DNA of 64,000 nt, taken from contig JAWMAR010000034.1 in NCBI GenBank assembly GCA_036785375.1, positions 4,650,001-4,714,000 on the forward strand, given 5' to 3'. Source of the stretch: Leucoraja ocellata (taxonomy: Eukaryota). The stretch's first letter is position 1. Every line of letters begins with the position of its first letter. Under the pieces are notes generated by a model that made no database searches, was not told where the DNA came from, and saw only the letters and a program-made list of their open reading frames with translations. This document shows positions 16,600-30,500 of the stretch, one piece after another. Both the position numbers and the translations under genes were made by a program.

Positions 16600-18530
16600 C
16601 ACATAGAACATTGACCGGCACAGCACAGGGATGGGTCCCACAGATCACAATGTTTGTGCCAAACACAGTGCAGTTAAATTCATCTTATCGGCCGGTACAT
16701 GATCTATATCCCTCTATTCCCTGCACTATATGTGCCGATCCAAAAACATCTTAAACACTATTGTCATATCTGCCTCCACCACCACCCCTGGCAATGTGTT
16801 CCAGGCCCCCACCACTCTGCAAAAAAACTTGCCCTGCATATCACCATTAAATTACTCCTACCTTATAGCTATGCCCTCTAGTTTTGGACATCTCCACCCT
16901 GGGAACACGTTTCTGACTACCCTATCCATGCCTCTTATCATTTTATTCCTAAAATGTTTCCCCTCAACCTCTGGCGTTTCAGGGAAAAAATGCAAGTTTA
17001 TCCAACCGCTCCTGGTAGCTGAAACCCTTTTACCCAGGCAGCAGCATTCTGGTAAACCTCCTCTGCACCCTCTCCTTACCTCCACATCCTTCCTGTAATA
17101 GGATGACCAGAACTGAACACAATGCTCCAAATATTTTTGTCACATATCATAAGTTTTATAAAGCTACATCATGACTTCCTGACTCTTATACCCAATGCCC
17201 CTTGCAATGGGAGCAAGCATGCCATTTGCTTTCTTTACCACCATTTCTAGTTATGCTGGTACCTTCAGTGAGCTATGAATTTGGACTCTTAATATCTCTC
17301 AGCACGTCAATTCTGTTAAGGGCTATCAGTGATAGGAGTAGAATTAAGCCATTCAGCCCATCAAGTCTACTCCGTCATTCAATCATAGCTGAGTTATCTC
17401 TCCCTCCTAACCGCATTCTTCTGCCTTCTTCCCATAACCTCTGATACCTGTACTAATCATGAATCTAACTATCTCTGCCTTAATAATATCCACTGACTTG
17501 GCCTCCACAGCCTTCTGTGGCAAAGAATTCCACAGATTCACCATACTCTGACTAAATAAAATTCTCCTCATCCCCTTCCTAAAAGAGCGTTCTTTAATTC
17601 TGAGACTATGACATAGACTGACTGAGTCTATGTTCTAGACTCTCCCACTAGTGGAAACATCCTACCCACATCCACTCTATCCATGCCTTTCATTATTCTG
17701 TATGGTGAAATGAGGTCTAAACTCTAGTGAGTACAGGCCCAGTGCCTGCAAACACTCATCATAGGTTAACCTACTCATTCCTGGTATCATTCTTCTAAAC
17801 CTCCATTGGACCCTCTCCAGAGCCAGCAAATTCTTCCTCAAATATGGTGCCCAAAATTGCTCACAATATTCCAAATGCGGCTTTACCAGCACCTTATAGA
17901 GCCTCAGCAATACATCTCGGTTTTGTGTTTACAGGCCCTCTTGAAATAAATGTTATCATTGAGTTTGCTTTCTTTCAATTTGCAGGTTAACTTTTTGGGA
18001 ATCCTGTACCAGCACGCCCAAGTCCCTTTGCACCACCAATTTCTGGATTCTCGCCCCATTTAGAAAATAGTCTATGCCTTTATTCCAACTACCATAATGC
18101 ATGACTCCACACTTTGCTACACGATATTCCACCGCACCAGCGTAGCTCCGCTAGTCACTGGCAGCCAATCTGAGTCTTGTTAGTAACTGTATACTCACCC
18201 CCTGACATTCAACCTCCCAAAGTACAACACCTCACACTTGCTTGGATTAAGCTCCATCTGCCATTTATCTGCCTTTTCTGCAGTTTATCTATATCCCACT
18301 GTATCTTCTGACAGCCTTCCTCACTGTCTGCAATTCCCCTAATTTTGGTGTCGCCAGCAGAACTTTTGTCACCAAACAATTTACATTTATGTTCAAGCCA
18401 TTTATATATATCACAAACTGGAGAGGTCCCAGCACAGATGTGCAGAACTCCACATGTCACAGAAGAGATATTCAGAAGAATCTTCCAGCCAGAATATCTT
18501 CCTTCCACCACAATCCTCTGTCTTCTATGA
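16600..18530 (-). mobile_element. Two nested CR1/HER1-type LINE remnants
   Basis: Outer element ~16600-17325 and ~18170-18530 (EHCVQFWS...; VTCGV...DTKIRGIADSEEGCQ). Inner element ~17328-18130 (LRLYKVLVKPHLEYCEQFWAPYLRK). Confidence 0.85.
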
Positions 18531-18949
18531 CCAAGTCAAAATGAATCCTGTGAATTTTACACCAAGCCACTGTGCATCTTGTACATCAATTTATATAATA
18601 TATAATGTGTCTATTAACTGTGCATTGTGTTGAAAATCCTAAAGATTAAAAATACTTTAAAAAAGTAGTTTCAGATTGTTTAGATTTAGTTTAGATTAGA
18701 GGTGCAACATGGAAACAAGTCCTTTGGTTCACCGAGTCCACGCCGACGCCCATATACTAGCACTATCCTTCACACTTGGGAAAATTACAAGAGAGAATTC
18801 GATTTAGCTCTCAGGGCTAAAGGAATCAAGGGATATAGGGGAAAAAGCAGGAACGGGGCTGATTTTAGAAGATGATCAGCCACAATCAAATTGAATGGCA
18901 ATGCTGGCTTGAAGGGCCGAATGGCCTACTCCTGCATCTATGTTTCTAT

Positions 18950-19362
18950 GATCCGAAACATCACCCATTCTTTTTTCTCCCGAAATGCTGTCTCCCACTG
19001 AACTACTCCAGCGTTTTGTGTCTACCATATGTGTGTGTATATATAGAAGGTAGACACAAAATGCTGGAGTAACTCAGTGTGACAGGCAGCATTTCTGGAG
19101 AGAAGGAATGGGCGATGTTTCGAGTCGAGATCCTTCTTCAGACATATATATATGTAATGTATGCACACATGATAACAAACAATAATAGTGCAATAATAAC
19201 AATAATAGTCTATGTAGTTAGGAGCTTATTTGAGGTAGTGTTTAATAGTCTATTGGCTAGAGGGAAGAAGCTGAACCAGTTCTGGACCCGAAACGTCACC
19301 CATTCTTTCTCTCCATAGATGCTGCCTGTCCCGCTGAGTTATTCCAGTTTTTTGTGTCTATC
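18950..19362. repeat. Cluster of three Penelope-type terminal repeats in alternating orientation
   Basis: + copy ~18952-19026, - copy ~19048-19143, + copy ~19282-19360 of the CGAAACGTCACCCATTC...GAGTTACTCCAGCATTTTGTGTCT unit. Confidence 0.75.
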
Positions 19363-19431
19363 CAAGGTTAATATTCCATCCATTTAGAGTCATTTGTTGC
19401 CAAGCCCTTGGTGGCTCATTGTGATGGGAGG

Positions 19432-19505
19432 ACTACAATCCCCAGCATGCCCCGCGGTCCATTCTCGCGAGATGGGTGGTGGGGCCGCCATCTTATCGGC
19501 GGACG
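19432..19505 (+). promoter_or_regulatory. CpG-island promoter and putative non-coding exon 1 of the TTC3-like gene
   Basis: ZNF143-type ACTACAATCCCCAGCATGC 19432-19450; palindrome TCTCGCGAGA (BANP/ZBTB33-associated motif) 19463-19472; YY1 GCCGCCATCTT 19484-19494; donor CG|GTGAG at 19505/19506. Confidence 0.7.
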
Positions 19506-19789
19506 GTGAGCGCTCGAAGGGAGATGCGGTGGTGGCTGCGGGTCTGAGGTGGGTGTTCGCGGCCGTACCGGGTTGTTGGGGCGACGGTGGGCGCTATTGG
19601 AAGCGTTCGCCGCCCTGCAAGAGGTCCCTGCGGCCCGGTTGAAGTCTAGTTGAGGACAGCAGGAGAGCGGCTGCTGATATCGAACCCTGACCCTCCAAAG
19701 CTCTCGCACTGCCCCTCCTCCCACTTCCCTTCCTCCAGTCACCCTTTGTGCTCCCTTCCTCTTACAATCTTCTCCTGTACTTCTTTCTC

Positions 19790-20260
19790 CAATATCCCAC
19801 CCTATGCCCTCTCCCCCCGTGACCTCCTCCCCATTCACCCTCCTCTATCTCCCCCTTTCCCCAATAACTCTCCCCAATAACTCTCCCCAATAACTCTCCC
19901 CTGTCCCCCCTTTCCCCAATAACCTTCTCCTGCCCCCCCCCCCTTTCCCCAATAACCCTCCCCTGTCTCCCCAATACACCTCTCCTGTCCCCCCTTTCCC
20001 CAATAACTTTCCCGTTCCCCCCCTTTCCCCAATAATATTGGTCCCTTAAACCAATAACCCTCTCCTGTGCACTCCTCCACCAGTATCCCTCATAACCCCC
20101 CCCCCCCCCCGCGTACTGCTACCTAAAATAACCCTCCCTGCGTGTCCCTTCCCAATAACAATGTCCTGTGCCCTCCTACCCAATAAACCTCCCCAGTGGC
20201 CATCCTCCAAAACCCATGCGCTCACTCCCCCAATAGCCCTCCCCTGTAACCCCTTGTCCT
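19790..20260. repeat. C-rich degenerate minisatellite (CCCCAATAAC(C/T)CTCCC-type units)
   Basis: Many imperfect repeats with poly-C runs, visible directly. Confidence 0.85.
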
Positions 20261-20796
20261 GAGCACTAAACACTGATCGGAAAGTACAGCAACAAGGAAT
20301 TATTGCATTGCTGGAGGGGCAGGGCTGAGCAAACTGCATCACATGAGTACTGTCAGCAATGCAGTAATGGGGGAATGCCACACTTGGATGTTTTGGATGG
20401 TGTATTTTGAACAAGAGAAGAACACCTTAGTTTCCTGGTCAATATTTATATCTTAATCAGCATCAATTAATCGGAATCAGTCTGAGCAAGGGTCCCGACC
20501 CGAACAGTAATCTATCCGTGTTGTTCCGAGATGCTGACCCGCTGAGTTATTTTGGCACTTTGTCTTTTTTCACCAATAAACCAGAATTAGGCTTAGGTTT
20601 ATTATTGTTCACAGTTAGCATGCCATCCAATCAGATCCGATAATACTATACATATATACAAACAAGCCAAACTCAAGTACAAAAGGTAAAGCAAAGGGGA
20701 TGATGCAAAATGTAGAATAAGTTCTCAGCAGTTCCATAGACAGTCCAGTAGGCGCAATGGAGTAGAGGTAATTTGGACAGTACCCTAGTTAATGGA

Positions 20797-21246
20797 AGGA
20801 CTTAACAGATAACAGAGGGGAATAATTTTTATTATCACATTGCTGTTGGAGAGAGAGCTTGCTTCCTTGCATTTTTAAACAGTGACCACACATCAGATAT
20901 ACCATGTAGCTTTTAAGTACATAGTAGTGATCTGACAAGTGAAAGGTATTCTATGAATTCTTATTTTTTGCATAGGTATGGAACAGCAGATATTTTTTCA
21001 GGTCAACTAACCTATCCCTCTGCTTCCACAGAAGCTGCTTGATCTACTGAGTTCTTTAAGCAGTTTGTTGCTTTTTTTTAAAGCAGCATTCACATAATGC
21101 TTTGTGTTATTAAGTGCCAGGGTAGGACTTAACAGATAACAGAGGGGAATAATTTTTATTATCACATTGCTGTTGGAGAGAGAGCTTGCTTCCTTGCATT
21201 TTTAAACAGTGACCACACATCAGATATACCATGTAGCTTTTAAGTA
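20797..21246 (+). repeat. Identical 123-bp direct repeat pair (20797-20919, 21124-21246)
   Basis: AGGACTTAACAGATAACAGAGGGG...CCATGTAGCTTTTAAGTA occurs twice with no visible mismatch, 204 bp apart. Confidence 0.9.
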
Positions 21247-21531
21247 GGTGCATGTGGCCACACGCAGGGTTAAGTTTATTTTGCATGGGGTGATAGTTTT
21301 TTGTTTCATGCTGTTATTTGCATTTTATTTTTGTTTACATTTCAACTACAGGTTAATTTTCAAATTAGTGCGTGCATAGCCCAGTGAAAACACGTGGGAG
21401 TTTTAATAATATTGCATGCGTGAAATTTGTTGATTATCTAATTTTGTTTTGTCAGGAGAAAATTGGTTGCCAGAAGGTGTTGGGAAATGTTAAATGTCGA
21501 ATTTTAATACTCCAGTTCCTTTATTGCAATT

Positions 21532-24500
21532 ATGAACCCAGAGATTTGGGACAGTGATGATGGTTCTACATCTGATTCAAGTGATTTACCTGATTTAGTT
21601 TCCTCTGACGAGGTAAGTCATTACGAAAGAGTAGAACTGGCTATTTTTTTTCTCATAAAAGCACTTTTTATTTGACTATTGGAACCTTAAATCTGCAATA
21701 TTAAAAAATAGTATTGTTACCTAATGACAACAATACCACTGTAAAGATCCCCTAATCTCTGATTGTGTGGGTTACCATCCTTTTCTGAATAATCTGCTGA
21801 CTTGATAGACTACTATGGAACACAACAGCAGTGGCATATTATTTTAATTTGTATATTGTTCATTATCAAATAATTATTCCATTTGTAAATATATGCATAT
21901 ACAAAACATAAACATCTGTTCATCTCAGCCTGAACGCTATCTGCTGATTGAGCATTCATTAGCAACTGGATATAGAATACCAAAATTCAACAAGGCTCTG
22001 ACTCGGGGAATTTCTGCTTGTGCCCATCCTAAATGACTCACTGCTTATTCCAAAACCAGTTTTTCTTGCCACTGAAAGCAGACTATATATTTTTTAAATT
22101 CCTGAGTACAAAGTAAATACTTACTTTAGTCCTATCTTGCTGGGTAAATTGATCATTATTTGACATGTAATTCATAAATCACTAATAGATTTGCTGGAAC
22201 TATGACATTGTTTTTGTAGGAATCAAGACTATGGTTTCCTCCATTTAAACCACCAAAATTAAGCCTTGAAGGTAAGACATCTTGAGGTGTGCCAACTGGA
22301 ACAAAACTGCTGATTTAAATTGTGAGCTTAGCACATCATAATACTGTACTAACATTCTGAATATGTAAAGAGGGGGATTTATATTTATAAAATAATAATT
22401 ATGACGATTATTATGTTGGTGTTATTATTTGTCAGGCGCTTAGAGTCATAGAGTGATACAGTGTGGAAACAGGCCCTTCAGCTCAACTCACCCACACCGG
22501 CCAACAATGCCCCAGCTACCCTGGTCCCACTTGCCTGCGCTTGGTCCATAACCCTCCAAACCTGTCCTATCCATATACCTGTTCTTAAACAATGGGATAG
22601 TCCCAGCCTCAACTACCTCCTCTGGCAGCTTGTTCCATGCACCCACCACCATCTGTGTGAAAAAGTTACCCCTCAGATTCCTATTAAATCTTTTCCCCTT
22701 CACCTTGAACCTATGTCCTTTGGTCCTTGATTCCCCCACTTTGAGTAAAATTTTGTACACCTCTATAAGATCTCCCCTCATCCTCTCACACTCCATGGAA
22801 TAGAGACCCAGCCGACTCAACCTTTCCCTATAGCTCACATCCTTTAGTCCTGGCAACAACCTCGTAAATCTTTTGTGAACCCTTTCAAGCTTGACAATAT
22901 CTTTCCTATAACATGGTGTCCTAAACTGAACACAATATTCTAAATACGGTCTCACCAACATCTTATGCAACTGCAACATGACCTCCCAACTTCTTTTCTT
23001 ACTACTCTGACTGATGAAGGTCAAGGTGCCAAAAGCCTTTTTGACTACCTGCGACTCGACCTTCAAGGAACCATGCACTTGTACTCCTAGATCCCTCTGC
23101 TCTACAACACTACTCAGAGACGTGTGTAGGTCCTGCCCTTGTTCGACGTCCCAAAATGCAACATCTCACACTTCTCTGTATTAAATTAAAAATCCTTTAT
23201 TAAAATCCAGATCCTGCTGCAATCGTTCACAACCACCTTCACTATCTGCAAAACCACTAACTTTTGTATCATCAGCAAACTTGTAAACTTGCCCTGTATG
23301 TTATCCCAATCATTGATGTAGATGACAAACAGTAACGGGCCTAGCACTGAACCCTGTGGCACACCACTAGTCACAGGCCTCCATTCTGAGAAACATCATT
23401 GAAATATCGAGTTAAATTTAGCCATGAAATTGATGGGTTCTGCATATCTCTCATGCTTGATAGTTTAAAACTGTTTGCCTGTTATTACATAAGAAATGTA
23501 ATAGTTGTGTGAGAAAATGTCATGAAACTAACTATGCACTGCAATAGCTACTGACAATGCAGTGGGGTGGAAAATACAGCTTTTCACTGCTATATTATTG
23601 CTATTTAGCCCAATTCTACTGAGCATTGTGTTGGCGATTAATTAGATTGGGATATACAGTTGCTGTTCTTTTTCTAAATTATTGTATGTTCTTAATTGCA
23701 GTTCTGATCCCTAACCAATGGAGTTACCTGAGGACATCAGTTTTGAAGAGATATTGCCACATTGTAAAAGTCCAGCTCCTGAGCCCTATTCTTTTTGGTC
23801 GGCCTTACACAGATGAACTATACAGGAACTGGGCTGTTGAAGCAAAGCTCATCCAACCTGAGGAGTAAGTTATACAGTATATCTGGCAACTTGGTAAACA
23901 GTAGTGGTAGAGTGGTAAAGAATTATACTCGCCTTCATTGGTCAGGGCATTGATTACAGGAGTTAGGAAATTATGACGCACCTCCATAAGACTTTGGTTA
24001 GGCTGCTTATGAGTATTGCATTTAGTTCTGGTTACCTCATTACAGGTACAATAATCAAATGTAATATACACTTGGATAGGTACATGGATCGGTGGAAAGT
24101 ACGTGGAAGGATACGGACCAAATGTGGGCAAATGGGATTAGCTAAGATTGGGCATCTTGGTTGGAAAGGATGAATTGGGCCAATGGACCATTGCCCTTGC
24201 TTTATGACTATGACTATGATAACTTTTTAAATGCGCTGCATACAGCATTGTAAGTTTCTTGTAACTATAGTTCATGTGACTATTTTTCTTGTAGTTGTGG
24301 TGAACTTCAAGACTTTGATCTCAAAACACTGAAGATCATAGAACTTTTGGAATCTGCACATAGAGCCCTGCTTGTATATGCTGTAAGTATCTAAAACTTG
24401 GCCTGGTGTTATAATGTCTCATTCTGGTCTCCTAATTGGTGTCTTTTGATTTATTTTCTAATTATCTTGTAGTTGAAGCGACCACTGCTGATCCAGTTTG

Positions 24501-27500
24501 TTCGTGTTGTTAATGAAAACCTTGTTCAGGTAAAACCAAATTATTTTTCTAGTTTTGTTGAGCCGTTTTAAAGCATGAGACAAAGTACATAATTAAGAAG
24601 TTCCCGAAGTAAAATGGATCAAAATGTATAACAGGTGGACAACCACAATATCCTCCACCAGGGTGTGGTCAAAATCTCCATTGTCCTAAAGGCCATTATT
24701 TTAATTACACCTGTCCATTTTCAGAAGGGAAACACTTTTTCCTCTGTAGCATGTAACTTCCCTGGCTATTCACAACAAACCTAAAAAAATGCTTGAGACA
24801 CAAGGAGATACTGGAATCTTGAGGGAAAACTCAAAGTGTGGGAGGAGCACAGCAGTTCAGACGGAGAGAATAGACATGATCAATCCCTACCTTTGTGTTT
24901 TAAAATGGCTCTGTGATGAAATATTTCAAGCAGCACAACAACAAAGAATCAGATATAGCAGTTCTCTTGATCTGAAATGTCATTTCATTTCTCCACACTT
25001 TGGGCGGCATGGTGGCGCAGCTGTAGAGTTGTTGCCTTGCAGTGCTTGCGGCGCCAGAGATGCGGGTTCGATCCTGACTACGGGCGCTGTCTATGAAGTT
25101 TGTACCTTTTCTCCGTGACCACATAGGTTTTCGCTGAGATCTTCCAACACTCCATAGATGTACAGGTTTGCATATGAATTGGCTTGTTATAAGTGTTAAT
25201 TGTCCCTAGTGTGTGTAGGGTGGTGTTAATGTGCAGGGATCGCTGGTCGGTGCGGATTTGGTGGGCCGAAGGACCCGTTTCCACGCTGTATCTCTAAACT
25301 AAACTTAAAAAATAGAGTTGGATCTGTTGGTTTATCCCACGTTTTGTTTTGCTAAAGAAAAAGATTCTTCACCCCTGTAAAATGAAGAATCATGGCTGTT
25401 GCGGAATATAAAGGGATCTTTCATTCAAAGACTAATGTAACTAAAAATAGTGCTTTACGGCAGCAGTATATCCATTCTGAAAGAATTGACTGGTAGTGTA
25501 CAGTGTATTGAATGGAACAACATGTGCTTACCATTTTTAAATGAAAGCTGATTCTCTTTTCTGTCATCTCCTGGGGCATATTCATTTCTAAGCTAAAGGT
25601 CTTATTTTCAGTGTTCCACTTTGGAAGAGGCAATAAAGGTTGTAAAGCAGCAGAAGATTTTTCGGGACGCCTGGGAAATAACAGTTGGAAATAAAATGCA
25701 AGTGGCTACAATCCTCGCACTTACCGGCCTTCATTGTGAGTACTGCTTGGTGCTACATAACGTTATTCCCTTATCCCTTATGTATCAATACACTGTAAAT
25801 GGATCGATTGTAATAATGTATTGTGTTTCTGCTAACTTATACCTCGGTACACTTGACAATAGGCGGTTGTCCGAGGTTATGGAGAGAATGCAAGAGAATG
25901 GGGTTATGAGGGAGAGATAGATCAGCCGTGATTGAATGGTGGAGTAGACTTAATGGACCGAATGGCCTAATTCTACTCTTATCACATGATATGATAAACT
26001 AAACTGGAACTAAGAATTCTGAACTGTTTAAAACTTCTGATTGCACATGAGGATTTATTTTTAATGGATTTTTGCTGGAAAAAAGTTGATTTAAATGTTG
26101 GTTGGCAAATTAATCAGCATGAAAACATTGGTACATTTACATCACCTGCCACTGTGTATAACACTTTAGTTGTGATATACATTTTGTGTCTCGTGGCATG
26201 TTTTGAATTTATATAGGAGGCTTAGGTTTTGTCAGCCATTAGTTATTTTCTGCATAGCAGAGTTGGGAGAGGAACATTTGGAAGGGTTAATGTTGAGAAA
26301 GTGATTGTTTTATAAAGTTCATGGATACATATAATAATCAAGGAAATGTTTCATTTGCAAATTTGTCATATTCCTTTTGATTACTGTTTCATGGGTGGTA
26401 CGGAGATTAACAAGCTAGTAGGGACAACTGCCATGTCAAAGCAGGAAAAGGTAGAGCAGCAAATAATTGGCCCTGGAAAGGACCAGAGTGTGAAATGTGC
26501 CAGAAAATGCCAAAACACTGGTTGGAATAATCAGATTATTGGGATATGGCTTGAGGCTGGCTAATCTCTGATTAGGCAAGCAAAAATGATTCATTGATTT
26601 GGAAAGGTCGGAGTGGGGAAAACAGATATCAAACAGTGGTCTGTAAGTTGATTATAAAGCAATTGATGTAATGGGAAGTTAGAGAGTAGTGAATCATAGC
26701 AACTTGTGGCTGGTGAGGAATGGACACTTGTTCAGCTTCATTATTCCGCGTCATCCAGTTGTTCAGCGAAGCAGGAGTTAAAACTGAAATACAAGATCCA
26801 TACAACTTTTGGAATTACTGATTTGGTCCTGATTGATTGTAATGTAATTAGTTCACATGAGCTTGTTAAATTATCATGGGCTAAATAGACTGAACAAAAG
26901 CAATTGAGCACAGAAGCCACATCAATTGGTACGTACCACTTGTACATGTTTAAATACTCTGAGGAACATGAAAGCTAAAAGCTCCTGATATGAAAATATA
27001 TTTTCACATTTTCTTGTTGCAGATTTTAATTTGATAAAGCAGTATTCTATTGATCAGAATCTGTTTGAGCAATTTGAAGATCAGTGCGTTCAGGAAAAGC
27101 AGGTAAGCGATTCAACTGGTCTGCGTAAAAGTAATAATTTATCCTTTTAAAGTACACAATGTTGTAATTTTAGAAATGTATATCATTTATTTGTTCTTCC
27201 GCCAACATTAGCAATGCTAATCAATTGTAAAAGAAGGTAGATTTTATAAAAGTTTTGCCCAAGAAATAAGAAAACCTATTTGAATAAGCACGTTTGGTCG
27301 TCCGACTGTACATGCCCAGGTCATAGGTCACTCGCGATAAACATTCTCGGCAGCTGTGCTGCTGCATGAATACAGACCTGCGTTTCATCCGTAGTCAGGA
27401 TTGAACCCGCTGCTGCAAGCGATGTTGAATTGCCACTGAACCGTCACATCCCGAGTGTCCCATCCCTGTCCGGGGGTGGCCGGAGAAGTCCGGGGTGACC

Positions 27501-30500
27501 CTGGAGTGATGGGACACCGGCCTGTTGCAGTGGCGGCCAGGCTTACAGCCAGCGCGGAGAAGAAGCGCAATTCCAGGTCAACTCTGCCTGTCCCACCGGG
27601 TAACCGACAGCCCTGGACTGACAGGACACCGGCCCGTTGCAGTGGCGGCTCAGGCTTACAGCCAGCACGGAGAAGCGCTAACTCCAGCTCAACTTTGCCT
27701 GCCCCGCTGGGTTAACCGACTGCCCTGGGCTGACGGGTCCGGAGCAGTGGAGTTAGTGCTTCTTCTCCGCACTGGCTGTAGCCTGGGTCGCCACTGCAAA
27801 GGGCCGGTGTCCTTTGACGAATCCCATGATTCCTTGCGTTTTTTGGCATACCGAACTAGCTTATTAATTGCTTTGAACTGCATCGATGTTGTTAACAAGT
27901 CCAAAAGGTTTGGGCCAGTGTTGAAGTTAAACTGCTCCCTTGCATGTTCAATCCTATTTTATTTACATAAGAATCAGATCTATCTCATGGATGGTGAAAC
28001 GGGGCGGCACAATGATGCCGAGCTGCTTGCATCGCCAGAGACCCAGGTTCGACCCTGACTACAGGTACTGTCTATACAGAGCCTGTACGTTCTGCCTATG
28101 ACCACATGGGTTTTCTCCAGGTGCTCCAGTTTCTTCCCACACTGCAAAGATATATAAGCTGGTATGTTAATTGGCTTTGGTAATAAAATGTAAATTGTTC
28201 CTACTGTGTAGGATAGTGCATTGTATCAGATGACTGCTGGTCAGTGTGCACTCGGTGGGCCAAAGCGCCTGTTACCACGCTGTATCTCTAAAGTCTAAAT
28301 GCCTACAAAGTAACATAAGATATTCTTGCCAAAAATGTCATCCCTTTTGAACCATTGCTGTTGAATCCTGATTTGTTGCAATGTGCTGTGCTGGTTCTCC
28401 AATGTGACTGTAAAGATATCAAACTAAATTTGTAGAAAAAGCTTATGAAGTAGGGTAGATTTATAGAAATTGATTTTTTTAAAATTTGGACATGAAAATT
28501 ACCTATTTAATTTTCAGCAAGCAAAAATATTTCATGAACTTTGGGAAGCAGATTTGAAAAAACAACATTATGAATTAGCGGTGAAGTCTTTAAATGAAGC
28601 AATAAGAGTTTGGTAAGAATTTCCATGCTGAGATTATGCAAGGTGTAAAAATTGTTGTCATACTTGTGAATGAGACTAATGAATTGTAGTGGATGCACAT
28701 GTATTTGGTTTCATGTGAATTAGGAGCAGGAGTGGGGCAGTAAACCTTTCAAGCCTACCCTGCTACTACATTCGATCATGATATATCTTTTTGCAAACTC
28801 AAACTACCACCTACCGATAGTAATCTGACTCCTTTACATATCAAGAATATCTAGTTCCAAATACCCATAACCGTCTGAGAGAATCAAACTCGCCTCATAT
28901 TTATCTTAAATGGGTTAGACCTTGTTTTTAAACGGTGGCCACCTGGTTATACATTTTCCCACATGAGAGAAACATCCTCTCCACATCTAGCTTGTCAAGA
29001 CCCACATTCATTCTGTCTGATTAATGAACAAAACGCGATACCACAAAATCCTGGAACTTTTTCTTTTATGTGAGATTTCCCCCAGTTCTCCACAAAATGT
29101 TTGTGATTTTGTGAAAAAGAATTTCATAAGACAACTCAAAACTTGGGTTATGTATTAGAACATTTACAGTTCATATGAAAATTGGCTTGTTTTCTTGCAT
29201 TCATTATTTTTATGGTGCTTTATTGTTAATATAAATTCTTATGCTATATGAGTTATGATGTTGATGCAATTTGTGAAATGTTTCAGTACTAAAAACTGAT
29301 TTGTGCATATTTTTCTTTGCAGTGCATTCAATCACTTGTTGTATGAGAAAAGATCATATTGCTATTTGCAATTATGTCAATACAAGTAAGTTGCTCTGCT
29401 CTTTTCTGGACATTCATTCTTTGATAAAATGTAATTCCAGATTGTGTATTTTATTAATATGTGGGGATGGGATGTATTGGGGTATCCTTTGAAGTTAAGT
29501 TGGTTATGTCTGTTGATAAATGATTAAAGCAACGTGATTTAAGGTATCCGGTATAAGATTGCCAGGGAATTTATGACTTCATTTTTGTTTTGATCTAGTG
29601 TAATACAGATCTAGCTAATTTTACTATTTTGGAACATTTGGTTAATCATGTTTTGATACTGGTTAATTACATAAAACTACTGTCAAATGGCTATATTTCT
29701 CTTTACTAAGAAACAAAGTATTTTCATTTACAGACAATTAGGAGACTATTGGGCCTTTTATTTTGTTTTAGGATTTTTTGTTCTGAGAATTTAAAAGTAT
29801 TCTGTTGTTAATTTATTTGCGTAAAAATATACATAGTGGTGTTCTGTCTCAAAATGGAGAATATTTTATTCATTTAATGTCATGATGAATATCACCACGT
29901 TGCATTTTATATAGTTAACATTGCATTGCCTGTTGCTTCACAGAAAAGCATGGAGTGATGCAAAGCGGTGCATTGTCCTGAAACCTCATTCCATTGAGGT
30001 ATGTAAACCTGGTACATTTTACTCAGTTTCTGTTTCTGGCAAAGCAAGCCCAAAGTATCAGTGATGCCTCTGCTCTTCAATCTAAATATTTGCAAACTTT
30101 AATATTCGAAACTATGTTAAAAAAAAAGTGGAACGAAATTTTAGAAGGATCACTCACCTTCTGGGATCACAGTTTCTTCACCTTCGCTTTTGATGCCAAA
30201 AGGCCTCAGTAACAACAGTTCCTTTTAATGTTTCTTTGTTCTCCTTTAGGGCCATTATCTGTTTGCCGGAGCGCAGTGTGGAAAAGGATGGTATACGCGC
30301 GCTTTGAAGGCTAATTCGTTGGGTATTCGAGACTGTCAGAGGAAAGGACTGAACATAAAAGGTTTGACAGAACAGCGAGAACTGATTCAAACTGAACAAT
30401 TACTTTCATCGAAAGGTTTGTCAAAATTCTCACACTTGGTGTATTTGCATGCTGCAGCGGTATTTTGCATCAGTAGATAGACTGCAACAAAACAAATCTG

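Noticed and set aside
19790-20260. Repeat array considered as CRISPR-like or coding
   Set aside because: Eukaryotic context, degenerate units without unique spacers, low-complexity translations.
25002-25080. tRNA-like A/B boxes here and in the other SINE heads
   Set aside because: They continue into the SINE core and LINE tail with no full cloverleaf, so they are not tRNA genes.
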